From: Camelus dromedarius
Lineage: Eukaryota
Reading direction: 5' to 3'
Length of the DNA stretch: 64,000 nt
NCBI RefSeq assembly: GCF_036321535.1
Contig: NC_087437.1
Span: 73,100,001 to 73,164,000, forward strand
Part shown: positions 63,263 to 64,000 of the stretch, in pieces
Layout of the letters: every line of letters begins with the position of its first letter
Numbering within the stretch: the first letter of the stretch is position 1
The notes under the pieces: model-generated
Databases searched by the model: none
Told to the model about the DNA's origin: nothing
The model's input: the letters and a program-made list of their open reading frames with translations, nothing else
Position numbers and translations under genes: made by a program

Positions 63263-64000
63263 GTCTCGAAGAGGCCAGGTGGGCCCCTCGGTCGCAGTTG
63301 GGAGGGAGAGACGAGCGGGAAGCCAGAAGCACGCTCTCAGCAGCACACCTGGCGCGCGCAGGCTCAGGTATGGAACGCAACAAAGGCTGCCCTTCCACAG
63401 CGGAGTGGCCGCTTTCGTTGCTTCTTGCTTGCCTGGTCCTCATCACATCACGGCCTGGTAAGGGGGTGGGTACAGAATGATGCTTCATTTGGCTGTTTAA
63501 GCAAGAATGTTAATATTCACTATTGATTAAAAACCATGAATTAATTGCCTGTGACTTCCAGGCAGTGGGAAGAAGACACTGTCCCCCCCTAGGGGACACT
63601 GCCAGGCCTCACCCACTCCCACGTCAGTAGGCTGGCCTGTGCCCGTCACCTGCCTCTGCCTCCTCTCTGCTCCTAGAGCCCACTATGAATGTAGATAATG
63701 AGCCCAGTGTGGCCACCTGGGTGAGGCCATCCCTAATCAGCTGGAGCGCGGCTGTGCCACATCTCACCGCGCCTGCAAGGACCCGTCACCAGTTGATCTT
63801 CTACATTTCTCTCACCTGATGTCAGGATTCCCCCAGCGGCCACTCCCTGGGTGTGATCCATGACTCCGCGGGAAGGAGCAGGAGCACTTGACCTGGGGGG
63901 CTGCCTCCGACTGCTCACCCCCATGACCCCTTTGACAGAACCTCTGAACCACTCAGGCCCCTGCGTCCTTCAGAAGACAGCCTCCGGCATCCATGCTGCC

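Noticed and set aside
1..64000. CRISPR arrays, operons, prokaryotic defence systems, rRNA genes, intact retroviral genes or processed pseudogenes
   Set aside because: The sequence is mammalian. I found no repeat-spacer periodicity, no long ORFs, no gag/pol/env, and no recognisable retrocopy.

Overview
Mammalian genomic DNA, AT-rich, CpG-poor and repeat-dense. It is most likely camelid (camel, alpaca or llama), judged from a Vic-1-type tRNA-derived SINE and camelid-type young L1 3' ends. The only supportable protein-coding content is the 5' end of CD96 (Tactile; nectin/CD155-binding T/NK receptor) on the minus strand. Coding exon 1 (12216-12156) encodes the signal peptide and exon 2 (10257-9901) the IgV domain D1. 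Positions 1-9900 are intron 2 (exon 3 was not found in the window), and about 12.3-64 kb is upstream DNA made of L1/HAL1, L2, MIR, ERVL/MaLR LTRs, hAT MITEs and microsatellites. Almost all other ORFs in the track are noise or L1 remnants. I see no new multi-gene system. The best leads are regulatory or isoform-level (tandem STAT sites in an intron-2 motif cluster, a possible intronic poly(A) route to a soluble IgV-only CD96, a 3-codon uORF, CTCF sites) and atypical insertion structures (a 215-bp fold-back palindrome, a tailless old L1 fragment with a perfect 12-bp flanking repeat, an internally terminated L1, an L1 with a microsatellite tail). Repeat families were recognised by eye from remembered consensus sequences, so their boundaries and subfamilies are approximate.
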